Part shown: piece by piece, positions 26,509-37,584 of the stretch
Layout of the letters: every line of letters starts with the position of its first letter
Position numbering within the stretch: position 1 is the first letter of the stretch
Source: a virus
Virus record (IMG/VR): IMGVR_UViG_3300031369_000001
Span: 38,615-102,614 of that record
Strand: one strand, 5' to 3'
DNA: 64,000 nt
Notes under the pieces: generated by a model
The model's database searches: none
The model's input: the letters and a program-made list of their open reading frames with translations, nothing else
What the model was told of the DNA's origin: nothing
Position numbers and translations under genes: made by a program

Positions 26509-27528
26509 ATGGCTACTGTAAAAGTAAAATGGAGAGTTGAGGAATTAGATAATGTATTAGAGCAATTTGATACTCAAAAAGTTTATAGGAGTACTACGGG
26601 AGAATCAGGGGTATATAGTGAAATAACGATCCCGAGCACTAGGATTGATCTTGTATCTAATGTTACAGAATATTATTTTGATGATATAAATGGGGATTCT
26701 TCATACTATTACAAAGTAACCTTTTTTAATTCAGATACTGATAATGAAAGCACTGCGTCTAATGCTATATCTGGTGGGACAGCACTTGCTCTATCTATTA
26801 TCTCTGTTGAAGAGTTAAAAGAAATATATTTATTTGGATTAGATTTAACAGACGATTCAGGTAATCCCATACCAGATAGTGTTTACGAACATTATATAAA
26901 AAGTGCGGTTGCTCGTTTAGAAAAAACTTTAGATATAAGATTACTTCCAATTACTATTAGTAATGAACCTCATGATTATATAAGAGAAGAATTTTTACAA
27001 TTTATGTATTTATTTTTATATGAATATCCTGTGATTTCTGTAGAAGGAATGACTTTAGAATTTCCTACTGATAATACTATTATGACTGTAGATTTAGCGG
27101 ATATACATTTGCGAAAAGAGAGTGGTCAATTACAAGTAGTTCCTAATTTGAATTCTAATTATGCATTTATTTTTACAAATTCATCTTTTGGCGTATTACC
27201 TTACTATCAATTATTTACTCGGGCTATACCTGATTTCTTTAGAGTTTCATATACCGCTGGATTAGATCCTATTCCGGATGACATTAAAGATTTAATTGGT
27301 AAAATAGCAAGTTTTGGCCCTTTAAACATTGCGGGTGATTTAATTGGGGGAGCAGGCATAGCTTCGCAATCATTAAGCATTGATGGACTTTCTCAGATGA
27401 TTAATACTACAAGTAGTGCTACTAATGCTGGATACGGTGCTAGATTGCTTCAATATGGAAGAGAAATTAAAGAAGTGATACCGGAATTAAGAAGGTATTA
27501 TAAAGGTTTTAGAATGGTGGTAGTATAA
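26509..27528 (+). CDS. Head-tail adaptor/neck protein with N-terminal FN3-like domain
   Basis: VYRS..YYYKV FN3-like region; YTAG, SLSIDGLSQ adaptor motifs. Confidence 0.7.
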   Translation: MATVKVKWRVEELDNVLEQFDTQKVYRSTTGESGVYSEITIPSTRIDLVSNVTEYYFDDINGDSSYYYKVTFFNSDTDNESTASNAISGGTALALSIISVEELKEIYLFGLDLTDDSGNPIPDSVYEHYIKSAVARLEKTLDIRLLPITISNEPHDYIREEFLQFMYLFLYEYPVISVEGMTLEFPTDNTIMTVDLADIHLRKESGQLQVVPNLNSNYAFIFTNSSFGVLPYYQLFTRAIPDFFRVSYTAGLDPIPDDIKDLIGKIASFGPLNIAGDLIGGAGIASQSLSIDGLSQMINTTSSATNAGYGARLLQYGREIKEVIPELRRYYKGFRMVVV

Positions 27529-28307
27529 TGGTTGCTCCCGTAATAGGTGTTCCTTCTGGAGTAAAGCAGAACGGCCAAAGAGTTGATTTTAGAAATAAGC
27601 AATTTGACCTTGCAATAGAGACTAAAGGTTATTTATTAGCTTGGACAAGGGCAACTATGTGTCCATGTAAAACGGATATTTCAGAACAACCCGATCCTAA
27701 TTGTACTTTGTGCAAAGGAAAAGGTGTTTTTTATTTTGGAGGCAGTAGTCAGGATTTATCTTCTTATATATTTTCTACATTACAACAAAACATAATCACT
27801 TCTTCAAACGCAATGGTAATTCGTGGAATAATTACTAATATTACTAATAAGAAAGAAAATCTTGATAAAATAAGTAATTGGGTAGACGGTTCAATGCGTT
27901 TAACTGTTCGTCCTGAAAATAAAATAGGGTATTTAGACAGATTTGTGGGGTTGGATTGTAATATTCCATATACTGAAACAAAAATATCAGATGGAACTAA
28001 TACTATTATACCTAGGTATCCAATAATTGAAATTAATTTATTACGGTCTATTGATACTACCTATGTATTGGATACTGATTTTGAAATAACTACTAGTGGA
28101 AGTATTTTTTGGCTAAATGCTCCTCCTGCTACAGGAATTAAACTAACTCTACATTATTTATGTTATCCTACGTGGTTAGTAATAGATCATCCACACAGTG
28201 TTAGAATGACTTCTAAATTATTAAAAACCCCTAGTCCTAAAACCCCTACAGGAGATCCTATTGATTTACCAACCCAAGCTTTAGTACTCTATGAGTTTTT
28301 AGTATAG
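27528..28307 (+). CDS. Head closure/neck protein
   Basis: CPC...PDPNCTLCKGKG as in SPO1-like neck proteins; position. Confidence 0.65.
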   Translation: MVAPVIGVPSGVKQNGQRVDFRNKQFDLAIETKGYLLAWTRATMCPCKTDISEQPDPNCTLCKGKGVFYFGGSSQDLSSYIFSTLQQNIITSSNAMVIRGIITNITNKKENLDKISNWVDGSMRLTVRPENKIGYLDRFVGLDCNIPYTETKISDGTNTIIPRYPIIEINLLRSIDTTYVLDTDFEITTSGSIFWLNAPPATGIKLTLHYLCYPTWLVIDHPHSVRMTSKLLKTPSPKTPTGDPIDLPTQALVLYEFLV

Positions 28308-28309
28308 TT

Positions 28310-29173
28310 ATGGATTATCGAATAGAAAAAGGTAATTTTACTGTTGAACAATTAGCCTTATTAACCGTAGATGTAGTTTCTACTATTCTAGATAATGTTG
28401 TACAGTCTGCTAGAAACCACTGGATTAAAATTGCTAAAGAAGATAATAGTCATTTAAAATTGGATTATTTACGAGGAATACAACCAATTGATGTAAAAAG
28501 AAGAAAAGGAACTTGGACCGTTTCTCTTGTAGGTGAATTACCACATTTACTAGAGGATGGAAGTCCTGAATTAGATATGAGGGATACTTTACTAGGCCCG
28601 AATGTTCCAGTAGTTCCTTTAGGATCTAGAGGAAAACATCTTAGTGAAAATAAGCAATTTTATCGTGCTATTCCTTTTAGACATACTGGGCCTAGTAGTG
28701 GCAGTGTTGTAGGTCAAGCGATGGGATCAGCTTACCAAGGAATGTTGGGGATAAAAGAAGCAAAGAAATTAGGGAGAAAAGTTTTTAAAGAGGCTAAGCA
28801 ACTTAGTGCAAGTGCTACAGCGCCTATAATAACGCGAGAAACTATAAAGAATCCTTTTACCGGTAAATCCACTACTGGTTGGGTATTTGGTGGAAAAAAA
28901 CAAACTTGGGGGGATAGGTTATCTGCTGGATATGCTCCTAAATTAAAAGAACACCACACTACTGACATTTATACAGGAATGGTTCGCTTAGAGAAAACTT
29001 ACGTAAAAGGAACACAAAGTCAGTATATGACTTTTAGAACAATATCTACTGCAAAAAGGGTTGGGTGGATTAGGAAACCCATTGAAGCAAGGCATTATGC
29101 TGAAAAAGTAAGGCTTTTTGTTGGCGATTTAATTCCAAAAGCAATTGATGCCTTTATGAAGGAAGTAAAATGA
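28310..29173 (+). CDS. Tail completion/neck protein
   Basis: LEDG..DMR..LL, IPFRH, YMTFRTIS, W motifs; position. Confidence 0.6.
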   Translation: MDYRIEKGNFTVEQLALLTVDVVSTILDNVVQSARNHWIKIAKEDNSHLKLDYLRGIQPIDVKRRKGTWTVSLVGELPHLLEDGSPELDMRDTLLGPNVPVVPLGSRGKHLSENKQFYRAIPFRHTGPSSGSVVGQAMGSAYQGMLGIKEAKKLGRKVFKEAKQLSASATAPIITRETIKNPFTGKSTTGWVFGGKKQTWGDRLSAGYAPKLKEHHTTDIYTGMVRLEKTYVKGTQSQYMTFRTISTAKRVGWIRKPIEARHYAEKVRLFVGDLIPKAIDAFMKEVK

Positions 29174-29838
29174 TTAATAGGTATCTAAAAACTATATTAG
29201 AAAATGGAATAACAGCAATACAAAACGATTTAACTATACTAGATGAGTTATTTCGTTATAATTTTATTCTAGAAGACAATGAGTCTATTTCGTGCAAGTC
29301 ATATTTTAGTACAAATGGATTTACCGTAGTGAATGGTTATCCAAGAAGCGATTCTAAATTCCCATTGTGCGCAATTACTTTGCTATCAGATAGAGAAGCT
29401 GATTACGTATTGAATAATGACGCAGGGGTTATAGACGATGTACCTGAACAATATACCAATATGGATTTAAAAACTACTATCTGGGAGTATATGTACCAGT
29501 TATTTATTTATACAGAACATCCTGATATAACTGCCTATTACTACGAAATAGTTAAATCTATTTTATTAGAAAATATAGATACCTTTAACGATTTAGCATG
29601 TTTTAACCTATCACTATCTGGTTCAGAATTAGCCCCAGATTTACGGTATTTGCCTGAACATTTATTTTCTAGGCAATTAACCTTTAGGTGTAATTCTGAA
29701 TTTACAAGATTTGATCGCGATAGTAAATTATCTAAAGCTTTTAAGGTTACTGGTATATATGTTGACAAAATAGCTAGTAAACAAGATATTGGTGATGTGA
29801 AAGCCAATGTTAACATTTATGAGGATATAAATGACTAA
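29170..29838 (+). CDS. Tail terminator protein
   Basis: Position before sheath; size. Confidence 0.55.
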   Translation: MINRYLKTILENGITAIQNDLTILDELFRYNFILEDNESISCKSYFSTNGFTVVNGYPRSDSKFPLCAITLLSDREADYVLNNDAGVIDDVPEQYTNMDLKTTIWEYMYQLFIYTEHPDITAYYYEIVKSILLENIDTFNDLACFNLSLSGSELAPDLRYLPEHLFSRQLTFRCNSEFTRFDRDSKLSKAFKVTGIYVDKIASKQDIGDVKANVNIYEDIND

Positions 29839-30082
29839 AAAGAAAGAACCATTTCGTAGAGAACCTATGACGAATATAGGGCTAGAAAATGTTGTTAAAG
29901 AAAAAAGAAAACCTGATTTACCTAAAGTAACTATCGCGGTATTTAGGTTAGTATCTGGTGTTAAAAGTGATCAAATTGCTGGATTTGCACATTATGCTAA
30001 ACTAAATAATATGATTTTATTAACTATTCCTGAATGGCAAAAGGAATATGAAAACTTTTTATGTAAGCCTGTAAGGAGTTAA
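29831..30082 (+). CDS. Small pre-sheath protein
   Basis: ORF in position typical of SPO1-like tails. Confidence 0.55.
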   Translation: MTKKKEPFRREPMTNIGLENVVKEKRKPDLPKVTIAVFRLVSGVKSDQIAGFAHYAKLNNMILLTIPEWQKEYENFLCKPVRS

Positions 30083-30085
30083 AAA

Positions 30086-32383
30086 ATGGCAACATCAATA
30101 TTTTTTAATGGTAGGCTAATTTCTATTCCTGGTTCGTATTCGAGTATCGATGCTTCAGGATTAGAAACAATTGGTTTAAGTGCTTCTGGTATTGTGGCAG
30201 TTATTGGAACAGCTGTTGGAGGTAGGCCGGTATCCGCCATTTCAGAAATTGACGATATTATATCTATTGCTAAACCTGAACAAGGTTTGCAGACCTTTAA
30301 AAGTGGGAATTTAAGGGAAGCTATTGCGATGCTTTTTTCCCCGAGTAAAGATCCAGATATTCAAGGAGGGGCGCAGCAAGTAATTGCAATGAAGGTAAAT
30401 CCCGCAACGCAGTCAAGCGGGCAATTATCTAATGCATATAATGCTATTTTAGATTTAACATCTAAAGATTGGGGGGATTTTACGAATCAGATAAATGTTT
30501 TAGTTAGTTCTGGAACAACTAAAGGAATCTTATTTACTATCGTCTATGAAGATATTATTGAGACGGTTGATAATTTAGGTGGGGATGTTATTTTTAATTT
30601 AAAATATGTTAAGCCTACTTATGGTTATGACACCATGATTGCTGAAGTAAAAAGTGGTGGCTTAATAAGTTGCAATGCTACTAGAGATCTAGGGGGTTTA
30701 GATTCCGACATTACTCAATTAGGGGGAAATGGCACTTTAATAGTTGCTAGTTCTTCTACTTCTGACACTACACAAAGTCTCATTGTTTATGGATTAGATG
30801 CTTCAGGAGCCTATCAGACTGAGACATTTTCATTGAATGGCACTACCAGCGTCAATGGGTCTTTGACGTTTTCTAAAATAATTGGTGCCAGAATTGTAGG
30901 AACTACTATCGGTACTGTTACGCTTACAGATACTGATCCTACAACTATTTTAACAATTACCGCTGGGGTTAATGGGTCTAAGGGTATTGCCAATTGTTCT
31001 ACCAATTATGTATCTAATAGCAAAGTTACTTTGGTATCAGATGGAGCATCAACGAAGGATGTTTTACTTATTGGGAAAGATTCTTCAGGAGTATTACAAG
31101 TTGAGAAAATTACGTTAACTGCGACTACTCCAGTTATTAGTGTTGGTAATTTTAGTGAATTAACCTATATAGGTTTAGGGGATGTTGAGGCAGCACAAAC
31201 TTTGACGTTATCTTGTGAAGCGGCTGCGAGTACTACGACACATAATACTATTCAAAAAGTTTCTGATTATTTTAATAGTAAATCGGAATCATCTAATGGA
31301 TTTGTTTTTACAATTTCTACCGCATTATTATCTTTAGATTCTTCTAATTTAGATATAACTACTGGGGCAGGAGGAGCGGTTAGTTGTCTTAGCCCAGCAA
31401 ATCCCGCATTCTATGCAGATGCTTATTTAGTTCGGCAATGGATTAATAATAATAGTCAATTAATATCAGCAAGTAAGGTAACTGCTGCGGTTGGGGGTGC
31501 TCCTAGTACCTTTACTGTTCCTATTTACTTAACTGGTGGATCTGAAGGAACTGCCACTACGTCAGATTGGCAATCAGCATATAATTGGCTTAAGCAAATT
31601 TTTGTTAATTCTATTGTTCCTTTGACTGGAGATCCAGCTATACACGCTATTCAGGATGCGCATATTGCATATATGTGCGGGGTAGGTCGGAAAGAGAGAG
31701 ATGGTTTTATTGGATTATTAAATACTGCGCAAGACGATGTTCCTACTAAAACAGAACTTAAAAGTCAAATAATAGATTTAAATAGTAGGCATGAACGTAC
31801 CTTTGCGCAGTCTATTGAATACTATAATACAGCAGGAGAACGAGAAGAATTTTTGCCTTATTTTACTGCTTGTATTGCTGCGGGAATGCAAGCAGGTAGT
31901 AGCGTCGGTACTTCTTTAACTTTTAAATATGCAAATGTGTTGAAGTTCAATCAATCGTCTACTTGGAATCCCGTGGATGACGCAGAGGAATTAATACAAT
32001 CTGGATTATGCTTTTTGGAAAATGTTTCAGGAGTAGGTAGGCGATGGGTTAGGAATATTACTACACATCTAAGTAGTAATAATTTAGCATATATTGAGGG
32101 TAGTGTAAATGAAGCAGTTAATTACGCAGTATATAACCTTCGAACAGAATTAGAATTTGCAGTAGGTAAAAAGGGATTCGCCGGGACTATAAATGCAGCT
32201 GCTTCTGTTGCTAGGGGTATTCTAGAGTCACTTATTAGAGAAGGAATTATAGTTGCTTATAGAAGTTTAAATATTGAACTAATTACTGATGTAATGGAGG
32301 TATCTGTTGAAATTGCTCCTGTTTTACCGATTAACTTTATCTTAACAACAGTGCATTTAATAACTATTCCGCAAACTGCGTAA
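30086..32383 (+). CDS. Contractile tail sheath protein
   Basis: PGSYS, IG.A.GG.P, LTGGSEG, SLTFK, PVLPINFI. Confidence 0.93.
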   Translation: MATSIFFNGRLISIPGSYSSIDASGLETIGLSASGIVAVIGTAVGGRPVSAISEIDDIISIAKPEQGLQTFKSGNLREAIAMLFSPSKDPDIQGGAQQVIAMKVNPATQSSGQLSNAYNAILDLTSKDWGDFTNQINVLVSSGTTKGILFTIVYEDIIETVDNLGGDVIFNLKYVKPTYGYDTMIAEVKSGGLISCNATRDLGGLDSDITQLGGNGTLIVASSSTSDTTQSLIVYGLDASGAYQTETFSLNGTTSVNGSLTFSKIIGARIVGTTIGTVTLTDTDPTTILTITAGVNGSKGIANCSTNYVSNSKVTLVSDGASTKDVLLIGKDSSGVLQVEKITLTATTPVISVGNFSELTYIGLGDVEAAQTLTLSCEAAASTTTHNTIQKVSDYFNSKSESSNGFVFTISTALLSLDSSNLDITTGAGGAVSCLSPANPAFYADAYLVRQWINNNSQLISASKVTAAVGGAPSTFTVPIYLTGGSEGTATTSDWQSAYNWLKQIFVNSIVPLTGDPAIHAIQDAHIAYMCGVGRKERDGFIGLLNTAQDDVPTKTELKSQIIDLNSRHERTFAQSIEYYNTAGEREEFLPYFTACIAAGMQAGSSVGTSLTFKYANVLKFNQSSTWNPVDDAEELIQSGLCFLENVSGVGRRWVRNITTHLSSNNLAYIEGSVNEAVNYAVYNLRTELEFAVGKKGFAGTINAAASVARGILESLIREGIIVAYRSLNIELITDVMEVSVEIAPVLPINFILTTVHLITIPQTA

Positions 32384-32398
32384 TAAAGGAGGCATATT

Positions 32399-32863
32399 AT
32401 GTCTTTAGATAAAGGTCAACCAGGACGCCTTATTACTGGGGCAAGATGTCGATTTAGTGTAAATGGTCAAGTTATTGGCTATGCGCGAAATGTTAGTGGT
32501 GGAGAAACGGTACAATATGAGGCAATCGACGTATTGGATAATATTGAGACGGAAGAACATGTTCCCGTTGGATATAGTGTTAGTCTTACTGCTTCTATGT
32601 TTCGCATTGTAGGGAATAGTTTAAAAAGTGCGGGTTTATTTCCTCCTACAGGTAAGGATCCAGAAGAGCATCTACGGAATGTATTGTTACTTTCAGGTAT
32701 TATGAAAGCAACTATAGAAGATACAAAAACGGGAAAGGTAATCCACGAATATAGTAATGTGAAAGTATCTAGTTATAATTGGCAAGTTGACGCACGAGGG
32801 GTAATGGGGAATGATATAGACTTTGTAGGTATTAGGGCTTTGGATGAAAGTGAATTAAGTTAA
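32399..32863 (+). CDS. Tail tube protein
   Basis: Follows sheath; IGYA..VSG, EHVPVGY. Confidence 0.85.
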   Translation: MSLDKGQPGRLITGARCRFSVNGQVIGYARNVSGGETVQYEAIDVLDNIETEEHVPVGYSVSLTASMFRIVGNSLKSAGLFPPTGKDPEEHLRNVLLLSGIMKATIEDTKTGKVIHEYSNVKVSSYNWQVDARGVMGNDIDFVGIRALDESELS

Positions 32864-32890
32864 AACTTATTTTATTTTTTCCTTAGCTTT

Positions 32891-32937
32891 GGCCCCTAAT
32901 ATAGATTACTCCCATCTATATTAGGGGTCTTTTTATT
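32891..32937 (+). terminator. Rho-independent terminator
   Basis: ggcccctaatatagat/atctatattaggggtc stem followed by a T tract. Confidence 0.8.
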
Positions 32938-33116
32938 GTATATTTAATTTTTAGTGTTATATAGGATAACATAAATCATAGAGCGATGGTTTATGAGCCT
33001 CCCCCTATTAGCAATAGTGTTGATAGGGGGAAAATTTTGATGTATTGTGTCTAATTTCTAGATACGGTATGTTAGGTAATAGTGAAATTGTTTTTTATTT
33101 TCAAAGGGAGTATGCA

Positions 33117-33578
33117 ATGAAAGAAGATGACATGGTTAAAGGTGTTAAGCATTTATTAGACGCTAGTACGGATGATTTAATTGAAGAATCTATATCACAA
33201 GATAAAGAATCATTAATGGATGATCCTAAGCTTAACGAAGAATATGAATTTGATTTTTGTTGGAAAGATAAAAGGGGGCATAAATGGGAAGGGCATTTTA
33301 CTAATAAAATATTATCTATTGCCGAGCATCAAGCAGTTGGTATTTTAAGGTCTCGATTAGGTGGTGGTATTCCAGTTGAATCTTTAGATTTACTAACTAA
33401 TGAACTTAATTTAATAATTGCGCATCTATCTATTTCTTTAAAAAGCAAACCTAAATGGGCTGAAGATTTAAGAACATTGGTGCATATAGATTTATTACAG
33501 GATTTATATAAGGAGGTAGCCTCACATGAGGCAATGTTTTTCGGAGATGTCGAATTTAAAGAAGATAGCTCTTCGTAA
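33117..33578 (+). CDS. Tail assembly chaperone (start moved to MKEDD)
   Basis: GGGAG RBS; between tube and tape measure. Confidence 0.7.
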   Translation: MKEDDMVKGVKHLLDASTDDLIEESISQDKESLMDDPKLNEEYEFDFCWKDKRGHKWEGHFTNKILSIAEHQAVGILRSRLGGGIPVESLDLLTNELNLIIAHLSISLKSKPKWAEDLRTLVHIDLLQDLYKEVASHEAMFFGDVEFKEDSSS

Positions 33579-33912
33579 AATTGATGACGGTATTGCTAGA
33601 ATTGAGAATTGGTGGACTAGTAAATATAAATTACCCCCAAATCATGAGTTATTTATGAATAGGAGTGTAGCTTCTTTACATATTGAAATGTTAAAAGATT
33701 TATTATTAAAAAAAGAGCAATTGGAAAAAGATTTAAAAAAGGCTACCGGTGCTGAATTTGCGGAATTAACTAATCAGCTTACTAGTATTGACAGAGCATT
33801 AAATGATGAAGTGGATAGTGATTTAAGCGAAGATCCTTTAATTGATAAATGGGAAAAAGAATTATTAGAAGGAATAACCCCTAATCTAAATGAAGGATTT
33901 AAAAATGCCTAA
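33526..33912 (+). CDS. Second tail chaperone ORF (gpT-like)
   Basis: Overlaps the chaperone end in the +1 frame; precedes tape measure. Confidence 0.6.
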   Translation: MRQCFSEMSNLKKIALRKIDDGIARIENWWTSKYKLPPNHELFMNRSVASLHIEMLKDLLLKKEQLEKDLKKATGAEFAELTNQLTSIDRALNDEVDSDLSEDPLIDKWEKELLEGITPNLNEGFKNA

Positions 33913-36031
33913 AGATTACAAAACTACTGTTACAGTTGAGCATAAAGCACGAGGTTTTGACAAAGTATCTAGGGATAATAATAGGTACATTTATGCCTTA
34001 TCTAAGATGCGATCACAACTTAGTAGTTTGAAACAAAATTATAAAGATGCCACAAAAGAGGTAGATAAACTTTCGAAGGCTCTTGATAAACAAAATGAGG
34101 TAATATCTAAAAATTTAGAAAAGCAACAAAAACAAGGTGCGTTCATTCAAGGATTAGTGCAAGGGGGGTTTACTCCCGCAATGTTTTTGCAACGCGGTCC
34201 AGGTATGCCACAACAAATGGCAGGGATGGCTATCGGTAGAACTTTTAGAACTGGTATGGCTGGAGTAGGAGGGTCTTTCACAGGTGTACAAGGACTTCAG
34301 CAGTTTCTAGGGTCTATTCCAGGTGTAGGTGGATTTCTTAGTGGACAAATAGGTAAATTAGCTGGATATGCTGACCAAAATATAAATTATCAACGTACTA
34401 AATTAGAAATGGCTCCTTACTTATCTACTTTTTCAGAGTTGCAAAAGGAAATTCAATCTAGAGGAATTTCAAAATCTATAAGTGACCAATTATCTCAACA
34501 ATCTAAGCAATCTGGAGAAATGTTTAAGGGTTTTGTTGGTAAACAATTATCTGAAACCCCTATGGGAAAAGCTTTAGGAGTAGGTCCTAATAAAATGCCT
34601 GCGTTACCAGGTTCAGGTTTAGCGGCGTTACCAGGTTCAGGTTTAATGGGCCAATTATTATCTAATGTAATTGAACAAGGTCCCGTTAAAGTAATAGCAG
34701 ATATAACTAAGTCTGTTATTGAACAAAATATTCCTCAATATGCTGAAAAATTGAAAAAAAGGCAGGAAGCTAATTTACAACAATTTAATGAGGAGTATAA
34801 ACTTAATCAAGAAAGAATAGATAATTTAAAAAGTGCAAAACGACAAAGTATACAAGGAATACGCGCAACAAATCCTTTAGCAGGATTAGCAACGGAAGGG
34901 GCTAGATTACTTGGTATGAATGAAGAAGAAACTTTACGTTTCTTTGGGTCTATTTTGCAAGCAGGAGGAGGAGTAACTACAGGGGAACAAGCGAAAGGGA
35001 TAAGACAAACTGCTTTTGGGGCAAAAACTCTATTTGGTGTTCAGGGGGGAGTGTCTGGAGCTTTTTTAAAAGCTGGTAGACGTGGAGGTATTGTAGGGGG
35101 TATGGGGAAAGCGGATAATGCATTAAAACAATCCATTAATGAGGGCATCTCTTTAGGGTTATCTGGTTCAGAAATAAACCAATGGCTGCAACAAATTGCT
35201 TCCAGTATTTATCAATTTCAACAAACTGGTATTGGTATTAATGTTGATTCCATTTCTAAATTAGCTACTGATATTGGTAGAGCAGGATTACCTATTACTA
35301 GAGCTATAAATATGGCTCAAGGTATTACTCAGTATCTTCAAGGAATAGGTAGTAAAGGAATTAGTAGCGGTGCGGATTTAATGATGCTTCGTGAATTAGG
35401 GGGATTTAGAGGAGGAGGTGTAGGGGAATACAGAAAAGCACGAAGTAGATTAGAGGAATTACAATTTCAAGCAAAAGGTATGGGTGTAGAAGGAATTGCT
35501 GGTTCTCCTATTAGTGAAGCATTAAAAAGTTATATGCAAAATGTTGGAGGAGATCAGGCGACAAAGTCTGAATTACTTCAAAGATTGCTACAAAGATGGG
35601 GGGTAAAAGGGAGTGTTAAGCAATTTGATTGGTTAGCTATGCAATTAATGGGTGGGCCTACGACAGGAGATCAAGGTAAAGCTATTGCTGATTTTGCTAA
35701 AGAACAGCAAAAGGGGCAACAAGAATTAGCGGCTATTTCTAAAGCAGGGGGAATTAGCGGCGCAGCCGCTAGAGTAGTAAGTGTTAGAGCACCAAATTTA
35801 CGAGCACAAGCAGAAATGCAAAATAAGCAAATTGATATTGGTGGTAAAGCGGTGTCTACTATGCAAGCATTTGAACGTAATGCATTAAAGGTTTCTGGAG
35901 CATTTATTAATTTAGCAGATGGTCCATTAAAAACAGTACATGAGGCAATGTCTTCTCTTACAGATATAAGTATTGAATTAGCTAATCAATTTGTTAATAT
36001 CCTTAAAAATGGCGCGAGTGTCCCATGGTAA
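33905..36031 (+). CDS. Tape measure protein
   Basis: G/A/Q-rich helical protein after chaperones. Confidence 0.8.
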   Translation: MPKDYKTTVTVEHKARGFDKVSRDNNRYIYALSKMRSQLSSLKQNYKDATKEVDKLSKALDKQNEVISKNLEKQQKQGAFIQGLVQGGFTPAMFLQRGPGMPQQMAGMAIGRTFRTGMAGVGGSFTGVQGLQQFLGSIPGVGGFLSGQIGKLAGYADQNINYQRTKLEMAPYLSTFSELQKEIQSRGISKSISDQLSQQSKQSGEMFKGFVGKQLSETPMGKALGVGPNKMPALPGSGLAALPGSGLMGQLLSNVIEQGPVKVIADITKSVIEQNIPQYAEKLKKRQEANLQQFNEEYKLNQERIDNLKSAKRQSIQGIRATNPLAGLATEGARLLGMNEEETLRFFGSILQAGGGVTTGEQAKGIRQTAFGAKTLFGVQGGVSGAFLKAGRRGGIVGGMGKADNALKQSINEGISLGLSGSEINQWLQQIASSIYQFQQTGIGINVDSISKLATDIGRAGLPITRAINMAQGITQYLQGIGSKGISSGADLMMLRELGGFRGGGVGEYRKARSRLEELQFQAKGMGVEGIAGSPISEALKSYMQNVGGDQATKSELLQRLLQRWGVKGSVKQFDWLAMQLMGGPTTGDQGKAIADFAKEQQKGQQELAAISKAGGISGAAARVVSVRAPNLRAQAEMQNKQIDIGGKAVSTMQAFERNALKVSGAFINLADGPLKTVHEAMSSLTDISIELANQFVNILKNGASVPW

Positions 36032-37584
36032 ATATTGCAGACAATTATAAAAAAATAAAATATGGTTTTCAACGTTCTGAAAATTCTAGAGCAGCTGCCA
36101 TAATATATCAACATGAAGATGATCCTATTATCTTATATAATCGTAAAAAAGGTACTGCATTTGATTTAAAAGGTACTAAAGCGAGTAGTGAAGAGCCTAC
36201 AGTTATTTCTATTAGTACGACTAAGAGTATAAATAATATAGCAGGTAATTTTTCTATAGTATTAAAAGATTCTCAAACAACTATAGACCTTTTTAAACGT
36301 CTTACAGATGATGATTGGGTAGATATTATATTCTATATAAACAATGAACCATACCATCAATTTAGAGGAATAATTGATGAAATTAATAGGTCTATAAATA
36401 TAGGTGGTACAGGTGCTACTGTAAAAACTTATACGATAACGGGAAGGTGTTTTGGCAAGATTTGGGAAGCTACCCCTGTTTGGTTCAGTCCTTATTATAA
36501 TGATATAATTACAGAAGCAGTTAGTTCTAGAGTATTTGACGGTGTTCCAGAATTATTAGGTAATCCTTCTCAATCTGTTATTGCTTTTATGAAATCTTTT
36601 TTAGAAGCATTAGAAAATGTAGAAGGCCCTAACTGGACACCTCCTAAGAGTATGCCAGGTATTAAAGGAACTAGTTTTTTATCAAATGTTAATTTTAATG
36701 TTTTATCTGATGGGAGTTCCACTTATTTTCAAAATATACCACAAAGGCTATTGTTTAACCTAAATGCTATTAATCCGGATGGAACTTTATGGGATTTAGC
36801 TAAACAATACTCTGATCCATTATTTATGGAAGTATATACGGATTATCTTCCTAAAGGAGATCCATTTAGTAAAGAATTAAGTAATTCATCAGACATTGGC
36901 AATAATGATATGACAATAATAATTAGGGATCGACCTTTTCCCTTTTTAGATACTTCTGTACCCGTAGGCTACGAAGATACTTGGGAAGAATTACCTATTT
37001 TCACAATAATTCCTCAAGAGATAGAAATACATAATGTCTCTAAATCAGGATATGAAAGATACAATGCCTTTTATGTGTCTAGTAGATTATATCAAGAAGA
37101 AGTGAATAGTTATTCATTGTCTATATTAGCGCCTTTACTAGATAAAGACAGTATTAAAAGGCATGGATTAAGAAGGTTTGACGTTCAATCCGAAATTCAT
37201 CCAGATCCTAATAATCCATTAGCTTTTGGTGGAAATAATATTGCCGCTATTTGTGAATATCAAAGACAATTAATTAGGGATTGGTATTGTTTGAATCCTT
37301 ATTTTTTATCAGGAACAATTGTATTAGCCCATGGTAGACCGGATATAAGAATTGGATGCAGATTACATATTCCTGGAGTAAGAATAGGCAATAAAGACAT
37401 TATTCCTGAAGAAAATTATTATATTGAAGAAGTAAAAAATGATTGGGTATTTGGTAGAGGTGTTCGGACTACTTTAGGAGTTACGCGTGGATGGATAGGT
37501 AATATGAATACCTATTATGAAAATTTAAATAACATGGTATTACGATATAAATTAGCTGAATTAAAAGAGTTAGATATAGGGTGA
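36025..37584 (+). CDS. Baseplate hub protein
   Basis: Position; GNFSI.L, TITGRCFGK, GRPDIRIG, YYIE.V, TTLGVTRG. Confidence 0.7.
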   Translation: MVNIADNYKKIKYGFQRSENSRAAAIIYQHEDDPIILYNRKKGTAFDLKGTKASSEEPTVISISTTKSINNIAGNFSIVLKDSQTTIDLFKRLTDDDWVDIIFYINNEPYHQFRGIIDEINRSINIGGTGATVKTYTITGRCFGKIWEATPVWFSPYYNDIITEAVSSRVFDGVPELLGNPSQSVIAFMKSFLEALENVEGPNWTPPKSMPGIKGTSFLSNVNFNVLSDGSSTYFQNIPQRLLFNLNAINPDGTLWDLAKQYSDPLFMEVYTDYLPKGDPFSKELSNSSDIGNNDMTIIIRDRPFPFLDTSVPVGYEDTWEELPIFTIIPQEIEIHNVSKSGYERYNAFYVSSRLYQEEVNSYSLSILAPLLDKDSIKRHGLRRFDVQSEIHPDPNNPLAFGGNNIAAICEYQRQLIRDWYCLNPYFLSGTIVLAHGRPDIRIGCRLHIPGVRIGNKDIIPEENYYIEEVKNDWVFGRGVRTTLGVTRGWIGNMNTYYENLNNMVLRYKLAELKELDIG

